Below, piece after piece: positions 41,610-51,868 of a DNA stretch of 64,000 nt; position 1 is the stretch's first letter, and each line of letters starts with the position of its first letter. The translations under genes were made by a program, and so were the position numbers. The DNA lies in the IMG/VR virus record IMGVR_UViG_3300035698_010479, positions 164,459 through 228,458 of that record; one strand, written 5' to 3'. The notes under the pieces were generated by a model that worked only from the letters and a program-made list of their open reading frames with translations, was not told where the DNA came from and did not search any database.

Positions 41610-43397
41610 TTATAATTTATCTTTTATATTAATAAGTTCTTGTATAAGCAAACCTACATCATCTTTAGACATGCTAGCTACTACACTATGTAAAGAATTA
41701 GGTGCTATAACCTCCTCATTAGCCTTTATTTTACTTGGGTCTGTTTCCGGTGTTTTTGTATTGGTGGTACCAGTAGGACGTCCTTTAGAAGGTGTACCAG
41801 TTGCGGAGTTTTGAACCTCTTGTAATGGTGCAGCTTGTTGAAATGGACTTCCTATTAAACCGAAGACACCTTTTTCTACTAAAGATAGCTCTTGTTCCAT
41901 ATTACCTAATTCATTAGTGTAGTCAAAACCCAAAGTCTCTAAAGCAGTTCTGTAAGATATCATACGTCTATCTACCATAGAAGCAATAACGTTTTTGTAT
42001 AGGATGTCATTTCTAAGTATATTTTCATCCCACCTAACTCTAGGGAACCTATCAAAACCCATAGCTTCAGCTATTTGTCTATACTCGTTATATATCCATC
42101 TAGTTACTTGTTTTCTAGCATAATCTATATCTTCTTTTACAGCACCTATAGCCCACTCTGATCCAGAAGTTACATTAGTGGCATCCAGTAAAGCTCTGGT
42201 AAATGATAAACCACCTGTGATATCTTCATTAACCTGCTCATACTTACCTTGACCTAAAATGGATTCTATTTCAGGACTTATTATTTTTTCTATTTTTAAT
42301 GTATGGTTCCATACAACATCAAAACTTTTACTAGGTGTATCAAACAGCTTAGCTACTGCCTCTAACTCTTCTTGTGATACCACCGGGAATTCATCATTAC
42401 CTATTGTAATTTTAAGGATATAGTTAGATATACCATCTAAAGTACTTAAATCAGCATTACGTAATGCTTTTTTATATTCTATACTTTCAAATACACGTGC
42501 TGTTCTAGGTCTAGCGTATCTTTCATAAGGTTGCTTTTTATATGTGATATTACCAACAAGTCTTGAGTCTAATAGATAATCACCACTACCAGATGCTGCT
42601 TTTTTAAGTTCCGTAGGTAATGACTTTATAAGTAGTTTTTCTTCATCTGTTAGTTCGGATGAATTTTTCTTCAACAAGTCCCCTAATTCTTTAGGTGGTG
42701 TAAGAGACACTGATACATTGTTGAACAATAGGTTACCTGTTATATTAACAAGGGTGGGATTCAGTACCGTATAACCTACTGGAAGGTGTCCTTTAGACCA
42801 AATTTTCTTTTTAGCTCCTGTGGCTAATTGACCTGTAGACTTTGTAGGAGTGGCTTTCTTTTTACCAACGGGTTGTATTGTGGAAATTCTAGGCTCATAG
42901 TTGGCTATATATTTATAAGTAGTTACATGAGAAGTTTTAAATAATTCTAAAAATATCCAATCAATTACTTCTTCGAAATTAACATCAAAGACCCAGGTAT
43001 CAAAAAAATTCTTAATATCAGGATCGTCTATATCATTTTCAAAACCTTTACAAGCTAGTGAGGAAAGTATATTAATAACTGAACCTACAATTGGTTCAGT
43101 GTAGTAATATCTCATTACCTTTTCATATAATATTTTTGGATCTTCATCATATACATCTTTACTCATACCAATGTCCAAATAGGACCTAGATAATGAATCT
43201 CTTGTAAGAGTAGAAGCGTGTTCTTTGTATGTGTGTGGTATTAACGGATTGTCAAGGAAAGCTAGAGCCTTTTTGGTTGGCTCAACAAGGAACGTAGTGG
43301 TTCCTGTGGATTCATTAACTGAAACCGACTTGATGCCTACATCTGGATAGCGTTCTTTTAATTCCGCAGTTATTTTATCTGAAACATTCGTATCCAT
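41610..43397 (-). CDS. portal protein
   Basis: 595 aa directly after TerL; typical helical portal patterns and a P/T-rich low-complexity C-terminus. Confidence 0.8.
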   Translation of the reverse strand: MDTNVSDKITAELKERYPDVGIKSVSVNESTGTTTFLVEPTKKALAFLDNPLIPHTYKEHASTLTRDSLSRSYLDIGMSKDVYDEDPKILYEKVMRYYYTEPIVGSVINILSSLACKGFENDIDDPDIKNFFDTWVFDVNFEEVIDWIFLELFKTSHVTTYKYIANYEPRISTIQPVGKKKATPTKSTGQLATGAKKKIWSKGHLPVGYTVLNPTLVNITGNLLFNNVSVSLTPPKELGDLLKKNSSELTDEEKLLIKSLPTELKKAASGSGDYLLDSRLVGNITYKKQPYERYARPRTARVFESIEYKKALRNADLSTLDGISNYILKITIGNDEFPVVSQEELEAVAKLFDTPSKSFDVVWNHTLKIEKIISPEIESILGQGKYEQVNEDITGGLSFTRALLDATNVTSGSEWAIGAVKEDIDYARKQVTRWIYNEYRQIAEAMGFDRFPRVRWDENILRNDILYKNVIASMVDRRMISYRTALETLGFDYTNELGNMEQELSLVEKGVFGLIGSPFQQAAPLQEVQNSATGTPSKGRPTGTTNTKTPETDPSKIKANEEVIAPNSLHSVVASMSKDDVGLLIQELINIKDKL

Positions 43398-43469
43398 AAT
43401 TTTCCCAATAAGTGTAATTAAATTTTATTATAAAAATAAATATGTAGTAGTCTAAATATACTAGTTAGT

Positions 43470-46400
43470 TTATTTCTTCCTAGTTAAAACAGCCATAGAT
43501 AAACTAGATGAAACACTATTTATACCTGTAGCAGCTGACCAATTAGAAGTGTTTCTGTTTCTAACTAATCCACCACTACTATGCATCGAGGTTTTTGATG
43601 TTTCGTCTACTATTTCATGGTCTAATGCTTTTACACCGTAACTTGCTAGTATTAAAGCAGAGTATATATCTTTGTTTTGTCCCTTCTTAGGTGTATCAAA
43701 GTGAAGAGATCCACCAGATGTTTGTGTTACAACTATGTTTAAACACTGTTTCTTTAACTCGTTTATTAAATCATACTCGTCTAGTATTAAGTCAGATACT
43801 ATATCTACTGGTACTATTGGAAATTGTAAATGACCATCTTCAAATAAAGATAGTGCTGCAAAGTTAGCGTCAGCTATCCAAGATGTACTAAATGTAATTA
43901 ACTCAAGAATTCTATTACCCTTTAAAGTTAGCGTGTCTTTATCATTTCTATTTAGTATTGGCTCAGCACCATTATAACCCTCTGCTAGTAAGTCTGCAAC
44001 GGATTTACCACCGCCTCCTCTATCCATAAATATACGTAATACATTATAACTACTACAAAGCTCTTGCAGAGACATAGTTATGTCTTGTGTTGTTCTGCCG
44101 TCTAAAGCTAGTACTCTCACTATCTTATTTGGTTTACCTAATTTAATTATTACCACACCACATTTTGCTTTACCACCCTGATTAGGATCTATACCTATTA
44201 TATAAGAAGAGCCTTTATCACCACTTAACTCAATAACATAATCCATTGTAGAGCATTTTTCTAGTATTGATGCTTTAAAGAATCCTTCAGAATCAGATAC
44301 CATGGCCCCTAAATATTCCATAGCAAATTCATGACTAGACATAACCCTTTCAGCGTTCTCGATATTTTTAGGGTCTAAGAAGCCGTCCGGTAGTGCTGTA
44401 TATGGTATTTGAAAAACAGCATGATCTTTAGAACCTTCCTCAATCTGATTCCAATACTCACGCATACGTTTGTACATATGATTAAACTTATAGTAACCAG
44501 AGGAAGTACCAATCATCTTGTTGATGGAGTCTTCTTCAAAATCATCTTCAAAAGCTAACCCTGCCTCTATTAAAGCAGTTCTTCTTTCTAACTCCCTGAC
44601 CTTTTTCATTGGATCTAGTTTAGTGATACTCATAGGAGCTAAAACTGTTTCAATTATCTTAGATGGTACTTGTGCAAACTCATCTACTATAACACAGTAA
44701 AAACGTGAACCACGAATCTTTCCACCATCAGCACCTAGAGGAAGAGCCTCTATAAAAGCACCATTATGGCCATTCACTGCTCTAAACTTTAAGTAGCACG
44801 TGTCCGAGCCTCTAATTGGCCGTTTCTCTGTAGCGGCCTTAAGTATAGGTGCACTGGTATAAAGTTTTTCTATCTCAGCAAATATCATTTTTGATTGCCT
44901 AAATGACGGGCCAATTAGACCCACACGATATCCTGGGTATAATAAGGCTAGTAGAGCAGATAATGTACCTGATAAGAATGTATTATGATTAATAAAACCA
45001 TTTGTCATATAATTAGGCTCAACTTCTGATTCCATATCCATCTCAAAGTCATAACAGTCACCTTTCCAATCTTCTATAGATACAACCGTGTCAAAGTAGT
45101 AATTATATCTTAGTATCTCTTTTAAATTGGTGATAAAATGTGATACCTGTTCTAAACTAAATCCCTTATCTTCTATGCTTGTACATTGCTCTAAAAATTC
45201 ATGCAGTTTAACATAAGTTAATTCTTTTTTATTATTAGTTTCTATATTAAAAGATGGCTTTTTAGATGTTCTGTAAGTAGTTTGATAATAAGTAGTTATA
45301 GCTTTACATACATGTAGTACATAAGGTACTGTATCTTTATTAGGATTTAATACCTTACTTGAAAAATAATTATTTAATATAGTTTGTTTTCTTTTTAATC
45401 TAAAACCTATAAGTTCTTTGAACTTATAGGCATCTTCAGAAAACATGTCTAATAAATAGGCTTTACCAAAATCTGACTTAGTCTTTTTCTCTCTAAGTCT
45501 AGCTATGATACCTAAGTTGAGTAGCATCATTTGAATCTCTTCCAACAATTGTCTAGACACAGAACAACAAGATACACCACCGTTGGTATTATGCACTGTA
45601 CCATCTGTGTCAAAATAACCTTGAAGGAAAGCAATTTGTGACTCTCTTTTAGAAGTACGTATAGAATATGGTACAGTTTTATCATATGCTAAAGTTATAG
45701 GTACTTTATATGTGTTTATAAACTTATTTATACCTTTAGCATAAAATATTACGTCGCATGTACATGACCCAGACTTGTAAGTTATATTATAATTAATATT
45801 ATTAAGTGTGCAAAAAGCAGCAGTAAAAGAAATTAAGTCTTCATCCTCGGAAGTTATAAAGGCACCTGAAATTTTTTTTCCAATATAACCATCCCCTATT
45901 AGTAAACCCAGTAAATACGCGTCATCTATAGGTACTTTATTAACACCAAAAACTTTTTGTCCTCTTTGAATACAGACTTTATCACCAACACTAAATTCGG
46001 CTAGTGTTTTATAAACAAAGTTACCTTCATAATCAATTGTAAGTAAAGGGTGATGATCGCTCCCTCTTTTAATAATACCGTTCTGTGTAATTAACTTCTT
46101 ACCTTGTATACCTTTTTCTAAACATAGTTTTTTAGTATTTCTAAAACCTTCTGATGTAAACATTTTGGTATTATAGTCAATAACTTCATCCTCCCCATCA
46201 GATAAGTATTCTGGTATCTCTGGGAGTACCTCATTTAGATATACAATACCTTTATTAAAATATGTAGTAATTTCACGTAAATATACCGATTTTCCAAAAC
46301 CCCTTGTAGCCACAGAAAGTGTATAAGGTTTGAACCACATAGCTTCAAATACTATACGTTGTACAGGAGCTAGGTCTACTCCTAAAAGTTCATAGGCAGC

Positions 46401-46484
46401 TATACAGGGGTTATTTCTATAAAACTCTATTAGGTCTGGACCTTGTTGTAATACAATATCCATATTTTTGGTTAGCTTAGACAT
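43470..46484 (-). CDS. terL: terminase large subunit containing an intein
   Basis: Walker A ATRGFGK|T split by the intein; GSRFYCVIVDEF Walker B; GIDP and MDRGGGG nuclease motifs; KDIYSAL C-terminal Asp; 568 aa after splicing. Confidence 0.93.
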   Translation of the reverse strand: MSKLTKNMDIVLQQGPDLIEFYRNNPCIAAYELLGVDLAPVQRIVFEAMWFKPYTLSVATRGFGKSVYLREITTYFNKGIVYLNEVLPEIPEYLSDGEDEVIDYNTKMFTSEGFRNTKKLCLEKGIQGKKLITQNGIIKRGSDHHPLLTIDYEGNFVYKTLAEFSVGDKVCIQRGQKVFGVNKVPIDDAYLLGLLIGDGYIGKKISGAFITSEDEDLISFTAAFCTLNNINYNITYKSGSCTCDVIFYAKGINKFINTYKVPITLAYDKTVPYSIRTSKRESQIAFLQGYFDTDGTVHNTNGGVSCCSVSRQLLEEIQMMLLNLGIIARLREKKTKSDFGKAYLLDMFSEDAYKFKELIGFRLKRKQTILNNYFSSKVLNPNKDTVPYVLHVCKAITTYYQTTYRTSKKPSFNIETNNKKELTYVKLHEFLEQCTSIEDKGFSLEQVSHFITNLKEILRYNYYFDTVVSIEDWKGDCYDFEMDMESEVEPNYMTNGFINHNTFLSGTLSALLALLYPGYRVGLIGPSFRQSKMIFAEIEKLYTSAPILKAATEKRPIRGSDTCYLKFRAVNGHNGAFIEALPLGADGGKIRGSRFYCVIVDEFAQVPSKIIETVLAPMSITKLDPMKKVRELERRTALIEAGLAFEDDFEEDSINKMIGTSSGYYKFNHMYKRMREYWNQIEEGSKDHAVFQIPYTALPDGFLDPKNIENAERVMSSHEFAMEYLGAMVSDSEGFFKASILEKCSTMDYVIELSGDKGSSYIIGIDPNQGGKAKCGVVIIKLGKPNKIVRVLALDGRTTQDITMSLQELCSSYNVLRIFMDRGGGGKSVADLLAEGYNGAEPILNRNDKDTLTLKGNRILELITFSTSWIADANFAALSLFEDGHLQFPIVPVDIVSDLILDEYDLINELKKQCLNIVVTQTSGGSLHFDTPKKGQNKDIYSALILASYGVKALDHEIVDETSKTSMHSSGGLVRNRNTSNWSAATGINSVSSSLSMAVLTRKK
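44982..46289 (-). mobile_element. intein with LAGLIDADG homing endonuclease (436 aa, aa66-501 of TerL)
   Basis: Starts SVYL, ends NGFINHN followed by Thr; LAGLIDADG-like LLGLLIGDGY and FLQGYFDTDG. Confidence 0.92.
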
Positions 46485-46981
46485 TAATCTACGTCATCCT
46501 TACATGTATTTTCTTCAAGTAGTTTATTTATAGGTTCCTGCTCTTCCCTCATTTTTACAGCCTTGGCTTCCAATTTTAATTTTTTAATATTGTCAAATCC
46601 AACAGCTAGGTCTATAATAGAGAAACCTTTAAACTCATTAACATCTACCCTATCCTTACGTCTTGAGGCTAAGTTATCTTTGATTTTATCACTTTGTTTT
46701 CTTAATTTTTCCATTGAACTAGAATAGTTTAAATGGTCAGCTGCGGAACCCTTACTTGATTTTAACAATCTAACTTCTATAACTTTATTAGTAGCTAGTG
46801 TAAGTATGTCGTCAATATCACTTGAAGTAAGGTCATCTTCATCAAAGTCCTTAAGGTATATATCTATAAGACCATTATAGATAGGGAGTTCATCTTCTTC
46901 AAACATGTCATTTACTGGCATAATTTGAGTAAGCAACTCCCTAGCCTTAGGTGGATTTTTAGGTCTACCTACTTTCGCCAT
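46484..46981 (-). CDS. putative terminase small subunit
   Basis: 165 aa, helical, stop overlaps the terL start; basic GRPK N-terminus. Confidence 0.55.
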   Translation of the reverse strand: MAKVGRPKNPPKARELLTQIMPVNDMFEEDELPIYNGLIDIYLKDFDEDDLTSSDIDDILTLATNKVIEVRLLKSSKGSAADHLNYSSSMEKLRKQSDKIKDNLASRRKDRVDVNEFKGFSIIDLAVGFDNIKKLKLEAKAVKMREEQEPINKLLEENTCKDDVD

Positions 46982-46982
46982 A

Positions 46983-47450
46983 TTATAATTTTACCCCCAA
47001 TGCGTGACATACTGTATCAAAGTCTAAATCAATATCATCACACTGTTGTCTAAGTTCACATATATCCTCAGGGCTATTAAGAATTTGGCCCATATGTGGG
47101 TTGTCTTCTACACTGATATTATATTCTATTGATATTTCTCTGTAACGTTTAGAATTAAGAGATCTTTCGGTACAAATATTTGTTGTAGCATCGTAATCAG
47201 TTTTAATTTTATTAAACCAATTTCTAACTTCAACTGAATTTTTTATTTCTTGTTTGTACTGTAGATATAGCTCATCAGATAGAGGGTACATATTTCTGAA
47301 ATATTGCATTAGTGTTTTTGATATTTTTTCTTTTGTGGATTCTGAGTGATGTTGACCCTTTTTAGAATCACTAATTGCCTGTTTACTCACATCACTTAAT
47401 CTAAAACCTAGTGGCCTGCCTCTACCTCTTGTTGGTTCACTCTCCATCAA
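46983..47450 (-). CDS. NUMOD3-motif DNA-binding protein
   Basis: G.RLSDVSKQAISDSKKG.HHSESTKEKISK matches tandem NUMOD3 repeats; no nuclease motif seen. Confidence 0.6.
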   Translation of the reverse strand: MMESEPTRGRGRPLGFRLSDVSKQAISDSKKGQHHSESTKEKISKTLMQYFRNMYPLSDELYLQYKQEIKNSVEVRNWFNKIKTDYDATTNICTERSLNSKRYREISIEYNISVEDNPHMGQILNSPEDICELRQQCDDIDLDFDTVCHALGVKL

Positions 47451-47775
47451 TAGTTACCTCCTTAAGAGAAGCATATTTTCCACATGCTCTACATATTACA
47501 CCCACAGCATTAGTATGTACAAATACTTCAGCATTACAGTTTGAACATAATTTAACTACAGTTTTTTTTATACCGCTAAACGTAGGTTTTGTAAAAGAGA
47601 ACTCTAATTTTTTATGCTTATCTACAAAAGAGGTTTCCTTATGTATTCTAGCATTATGTTTTGCTACACCTACTTCTGGTTCATATCTTCGAGGTGTACC
47701 TGGTGTTAATTCGGTAGACACAGTGGTGTCTGCTACAAACTTATTCAAGTCGCTTTTAAATGCCTCATTAACCAT
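47437..47775 (-). CDS. Zn-ribbon protein
   Basis: 112 aa; CSNC...CRAC near the C-terminus. Confidence 0.6.
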   Translation of the reverse strand: MVNEAFKSDLNKFVADTTVSTELTPGTPRRYEPEVGVAKHNARIHKETSFVDKHKKLEFSFTKPTFSGIKKTVVKLCSNCNAEVFVHTNAVGVICRACGKYASLKEVTIDGE

Positions 47776-48343
47776 CGAATCTATCCTCTTGTTTTACAGT
47801 AAGTGACTTTTTACTAGCAACATAATCAGCTAAATATACACACATTTCTTCAGGGGTGTAAGAAGCTAGTGGTTTAGACCAAGGTTTTATACTCCATGGG
47901 CCGTAATGAAATCCAACACAATCTCGTATCATAGTAAAATCTTTCTCTGAAACCATTTTTAGGTCAGCATAAACCTCCTCTACTAGTTTTGCCCCTAAAT
48001 CTGGATGCCATTTAACAGTATGACCAGATTTTTCGACACCTTGTTTTCTTAAGTCATGCAAAATACAAGCTGAAATAATTTGATCTCTATGTTGCTCACA
48101 GCCTAAACCTCTAGATAACCCGTAAGCTACAGTGACAACACGTTTAGTATGAATCACTGTACCGTAACCAGAAAGTTCATCTACGGGATGGTATTTTCCA
48201 GAAGTAGATGCAGGTGCTGAATAAAATATATAGTCAGGTGCCATCATGACACATACTTCAGTGAAACTTTTAACATCATTATTAAAAACCAAATCTAATT
48301 CAGGTCTAAATACTTTTAATTTCTCATCTGGAGATAATTCCAT
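47768..48343 (-). CDS. HD-domain phosphohydrolase
   Basis: PAS.SGKYH, HTKRV, ILHDLRK, H.GPW. Confidence 0.8.
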   Translation of the reverse strand: MELSPDEKLKVFRPELDLVFNNDVKSFTEVCVMMAPDYIFYSAPASTSGKYHPVDELSGYGTVIHTKRVVTVAYGLSRGLGCEQHRDQIISACILHDLRKQGVEKSGHTVKWHPDLGAKLVEEVYADLKMVSEKDFTMIRDCVGFHYGPWSIKPWSKPLASYTPEEMCVYLADYVASKKSLTVKQEDRFDG

Positions 48344-48380
48344 AATAACAACTCCTTTAAATAAATATTAATAAATGATA

Positions 48381-48410
48381 ATAAGTGTAAATAAGTGTAA
48401 ATAAGTGTAT
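48381..48410. repeat. three tandem copies of ATAAGTGTA(A/T)
   Basis: Read directly, upstream of the HD gene. Confidence 0.8.
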
Positions 48411-48537
48411 ACATATTACGTACTATATGTAAAGTGTAACACATTTAAGTAATAATTACAACATAAAACTAAAAAATTACAAATCACTACTAAATAGTGT
48501 GTAACTATCTGTAATGAGATGTAATTTATATTACATA

Positions 48538-48768
48538 TTATTCTGGTGGTAGTACTACTTCATCCTTATCTAGGTTAACTTGTTTAACTGTTGGTGAATT
48601 AGCAGCTGGGTTGTACCCCGTCTGTGGAAAAGTATCACCTTTAAAGCGCCTTAAACCATTATATGTAGTACCATCCATAAATTTAGCTTTACTATCTTCG
48701 ATGAATGGGTTCTTTTGTTGATACTTAACAAATTTAGGAAATCTGTATTCGTCAATGGATATCGGCAT
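48538..48768 (-). CDS. hypothetical protein
   Basis: 76 aa, in operon. Confidence 0.55.
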   Translation of the reverse strand: MPISIDEYRFPKFVKYQQKNPFIEDSKAKFMDGTTYNGLRRFKGDTFPQTGYNPAANSPTVKQVNLDKDEVVLPPE

Positions 48769-48778
48769 AGTATAACCC

Positions 48779-49072
48779 TTAAATAGTTTCTGTACTTTCT
48801 TTAAATCTTTTTAAGAAATCTGAAAACTCTTGTTTATTTTTTACGCTAGCCATAGCTTTATCACCAACTGGGGCTTGTCCAAAATAATTAGTCATGTCCA
48901 TAACAAAATCAGGGATAACGTCTCCCTCCCACTCATAGTTAATATTCATATATTGGTCTTTGCCTTTTTTTATACCAACTGAAGCGTAATTATAACCATT
49001 TCTGCTTTTATACAAACTAACATTCATTATCTCACCAGAAACAAATTCTAGCGCGTATTTCATATCTGCCAT
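48779..49072 (-). CDS. hypothetical protein
   Basis: Start revised to the ATG at 49072 (GGAGG RBS); 97 aa. Confidence 0.6.
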   Translation of the reverse strand: MADMKYALEFVSGEIMNVSLYKSRNGYNYASVGIKKGKDQYMNINYEWEGDVIPDFVMDMTNYFGQAPVGDKAMASVKNKQEFSDFLKRFKESTETI

Positions 49073-49662
49073 ATCATTGTCCTCCATATATACTCTATTT
49101 TTTTATTTAGATCTTCTAATGTACCAATGTTATCAACACAAGCTCTTCTATCATGAGCTTCAAATACAGGTAGAGAAGTTTCCGAAGTGTGATTTTTATT
49201 ATTTACAAAAGTAACTTTATCTCTTTGTATGTGCATATGTAAACCATTTTTTTCTTCCATTACCCAATCTATCTCATTAGGAAATCTCCCATCAGTTATG
49301 ATAGTATGCTGTGCGTCACTTCCATATAAGGCGCTATGTTTTATAGTATTGACCCAACAATCAGGGTTTATTTTCCTAAACACATCCGTACCTATATACT
49401 GCAATAGTTCTCTAGGGGTCCAACATCTATCAGTTTCCAATAATGCCCCAGTATTCATAGGCATATTATTTATTGGTTCTTCCTTTAAATCTCCATAAAG
49501 TTGTTCGAAACTTAATAAAAAACATTTACTCAACACGTGCTTTAAAAAATCAGCATACGCTACTACTCGTACTGTTTGTTTATTGTCTAAAAATAACTTT
49601 TCCAAAATAATTGCTACTGTATCCTTTCCAGACCTTGCCTTTCCTGATAATACTATAATCAT
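49060..49662 (-). CDS. deoxynucleoside monophosphate kinase
   Basis: LSGKARSGKDT P-loop, RELLQYIGTD, IITDGRFPNE, HTSE: T4 gp1/T5 dnk-type motifs. Confidence 0.85.
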   Translation of the reverse strand: MIIVLSGKARSGKDTVAIILEKLFLDNKQTVRVVAYADFLKHVLSKCFLLSFEQLYGDLKEEPINNMPMNTGALLETDRCWTPRELLQYIGTDVFRKINPDCWVNTIKHSALYGSDAQHTIITDGRFPNEIDWVMEEKNGLHMHIQRDKVTFVNNKNHTSETSLPVFEAHDRRACVDNIGTLEDLNKKIEYIWRTMIWQI

Positions 49663-49665
49663 ATT

Positions 49666-50091
49666 TTAGCCTTCCCATTTAGTTATTAAATCACTATGCA
49701 ATACTGCTAAATAAATACTTTGATATTCTTCAAATAAAATATCGTTTTTAGAAAAAAGTGTGTTTATATCCAAATAAGGCGCAGCATTAGACTCAATTAA
49801 ATCCGTGAAAGTTAACATCTTGGCTTTTAATGTATCTAATAAATGTATAGCCTCAAAAACACTTAATTCAACATTACTAACGCTTATAAAAGTATCTTTA
49901 TTTAAATTTTCTATAAGTATAACATGACTTCTAATCTTACTTAATAATTCAAATTTATATGTTATAGCATTAGTGTATAATTCAGAAGCGCTACCTACAT
50001 CATTATTACTAATATATTTTATATATTTATTAATAGTAGTAAGTTTTGAGTGCAGATAACGCCTTCTTAGTAATATTTCACTTAAAATCAT
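49666..50091 (-). CDS. hypothetical helical protein
   Basis: 141 aa, in operon. Confidence 0.55.
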   Translation of the reverse strand: MILSEILLRRRYLHSKLTTINKYIKYISNNDVGSASELYTNAITYKFELLSKIRSHVILIENLNKDTFISVSNVELSVFEAIHLLDTLKAKMLTFTDLIESNAAPYLDINTLFSKNDILFEEYQSIYLAVLHSDLITKWEG

Positions 50092-50310
50092 TTAAATAAG
50101 CTCCACCTCTACAGCTTGTACACCTTTCTCGGTATCTTTCAAAACAAACGAAATAGGTTGTTTAGCTTTTAAAGTTTTATAACCATCCATATTAATTACG
50201 GAGTAGTGTAAGAAGTATTCTTGTTCCCTCTTATCACCATCAACTACTGCAAAACCATAACCCCTGTCGTTACTGAACCACTTAACAAAACCTAAAACTC
50301 TGTCACTCAT
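50092..50310 (-). CDS. csp: cold-shock domain protein
   Basis: G.VKWF...RGYGF (RNP1), YFLHYS (RNP2), GYKTL, KGVQAVEV. Confidence 0.9.
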   Translation of the reverse strand: MSDRVLGFVKWFSNDRGYGFAVVDGDKREQEYFLHYSVINMDGYKTLKAKQPISFVLKDTEKGVQAVEVELI

Positions 50311-50445
50311 AATTTACTCCTTAATTAAAAAATTCACTAATCCATATAATTAGTACACTATAATACAAGTAGTTACATTAATCACATCTTAATTCATAAT
50401 ATTTACAACCTTCAATTTTATGAACTTTTTGTGACATATTTCCAT

Positions 50446-50958
50446 TTAACTTAAATTCCATAAAGCTACTTCAGCAGCTCGTCGTCTTGTTAGCCCAGCC
50501 AAAACTTTTCCTTTAGCCTTATTCCAACGTTTAAACTGACCAGGTACTGATTTATAATCACCATTATTAAGAAGCAACATTAGTGTAGACTTCTTTAATG
50601 CAGTAACTCCAATATTAAAAGCTAGGCTTATTAATGCACATAATTGATTATTAGAAACTTGAACTTTTAATAAAGATTGTACACCAATAGTGAATTTTCT
50701 TAAATCATCATTAAGTAGAATTATGGCTTCATCCATGGTAATACCGTTAGGGTATATAGAATAAGCTAATTTTTTATTTTCCTTACCTTTAATTTGTTTT
50801 CCATATGAATCAAGCACAACGTGACCCCACCCTATTGTCCAATAGTTTGCAGGACATAAATAAGGATCAAGATTTACCGTTGAAGGGTCACCATCTAGAA
50901 TACCTTCAAAAGACTTTATCAACTTTATAGCATTTTTTAAATCAATTGTAGTTTCCAT
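50446..50958 (-). CDS. endolysin, GH24 phage lysozyme
   Basis: IKSFEG...YLCPANYWTIGWGH, NQLCALISLAFNIG, W.KAKGKVLAGLTRRR.AE. Confidence 0.92.
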   Translation of the reverse strand: METTIDLKNAIKLIKSFEGILDGDPSTVNLDPYLCPANYWTIGWGHVVLDSYGKQIKGKENKKLAYSIYPNGITMDEAIILLNDDLRKFTIGVQSLLKVQVSNNQLCALISLAFNIGVTALKKSTLMLLLNNGDYKSVPGQFKRWNKAKGKVLAGLTRRRAAEVALWNLS

Positions 50959-50962
50959 TTCA

Positions 50963-51196
50963 TTATTTTGAAGCTTTAGTAGTTTTTTTAGTTACTACTT
51001 CTTCTTGAAGTGATTCAATTAGTGCCTCTTTCTTAGCAAGCTCTTCCTGTAATTCTGCAATCTTATCATTTACCTCTTGTACTTCTTTCTCTGAAAATAC
51101 GATAATATCGTCCATAGATTTATTCTTCTGAATATCTCTAGGAGATTTTATTTGTGGTATTACACGCGTATCTGAATTCTGTTTATTATAGTCCAT
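50963..51196 (-). CDS. hypothetical coiled-coil protein
   Basis: 77 aa, AGGAGG RBS. Confidence 0.6.
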   Translation of the reverse strand: MDYNKQNSDTRVIPQIKSPRDIQKNKSMDDIIVFSEKEVQEVNDKIAELQEELAKKEALIESLQEEVVTKKTTKASK

Positions 51197-51210
51197 GTTA
51201 TTTCCTCCTA

Positions 51211-51789
51211 TTAAATAATTTTATCCACTAAGCCATAAGTTAAGGCTTCTTCGGCAGTCAACCAATAATCACGTTGCATGTCTTTTTTAATCTTAGTTAA
51301 AGTCTGCCCTGTCAAAGTTACGTATTGTTTTGCCATTTTATCATGTAGTTTTTTATATTTTTCTACTTGATTAAAAATATCGCCTGCCTTTCCCTCTGTA
51401 CCACCAGAAAACTCATGGATCATTATTTCCGTATTAGGTAGTACTGACCTCTTACCTTTTGCTCCTGCCGCCAAGATAAAACTTCCTGCTGAACAGTTCT
51501 GTCCTATACCTACAGTACATACGTCAGGTTTTATATGATTCATAACATCATATATAGCGTACATAGATGTTATAGCCCCACCAGGACTATTTACGTACAT
51601 GAAAATATCTTTCTCAGTATCTTGAGAACTGAGATACAGTAACTGTGCTACTGTGTTATTTGCCATATCGTCATTAAAAACACCTTGAATATACACGATT
51701 CTATCTTTAAGAAGTCTACTAAAAATTTCATAACTTCTCTCTTCTTTAGGATTGTCACCTTCAATAACATAAGATAAATTCATAAACAT
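51211..51789 (-). CDS. clpP: ClpP-family protease proteolytic subunit
   Basis: IFSRLLKDRIVY, YVNSPGG, CSAGS (Ser), MIHE (His), RDYWL (Asp). Confidence 0.92.
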   Translation of the reverse strand: MFMNLSYVIEGDNPKEERSYEIFSRLLKDRIVYIQGVFNDDMANNTVAQLLYLSSQDTEKDIFMYVNSPGGAITSMYAIYDVMNHIKPDVCTVGIGQNCSAGSFILAAGAKGKRSVLPNTEIMIHEFSGGTEGKAGDIFNQVEKYKKLHDKMAKQYVTLTGQTLTKIKKDMQRDYWLTAEEALTYGLVDKII

Positions 51790-51837
51790 CTCCTTTAAAA
51801 TTAAAATTCTATATCATATTAATTACTACACTACTAT

Positions 51838-51865
51838 AGTATAACACATAAATAGTATTTTGCAA
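51838..51865 (-). promoter_or_regulatory. sigma70-like promoter upstream of clpP
   Basis: TTGCAA-16 nt-TATACT with TG at the extended -10 position. Confidence 0.5.
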
Positions 51866-51868
51866 GGT

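Noticed and set aside
46983-47450. Free-standing homing endonuclease
   Set aside because: NUMOD3 repeats are present but no HNH or GIY-YIG catalytic motif was found
311-47806. Numerous plus-strand ORFs in the track (e.g. 15262..16053, 19639..20169, 35319..35777, 47411..47806)
   Set aside because: They are antisense shadows of long minus-strand genes, with Ser/Leu/Phe-rich low-information translations and no RBS or motifs
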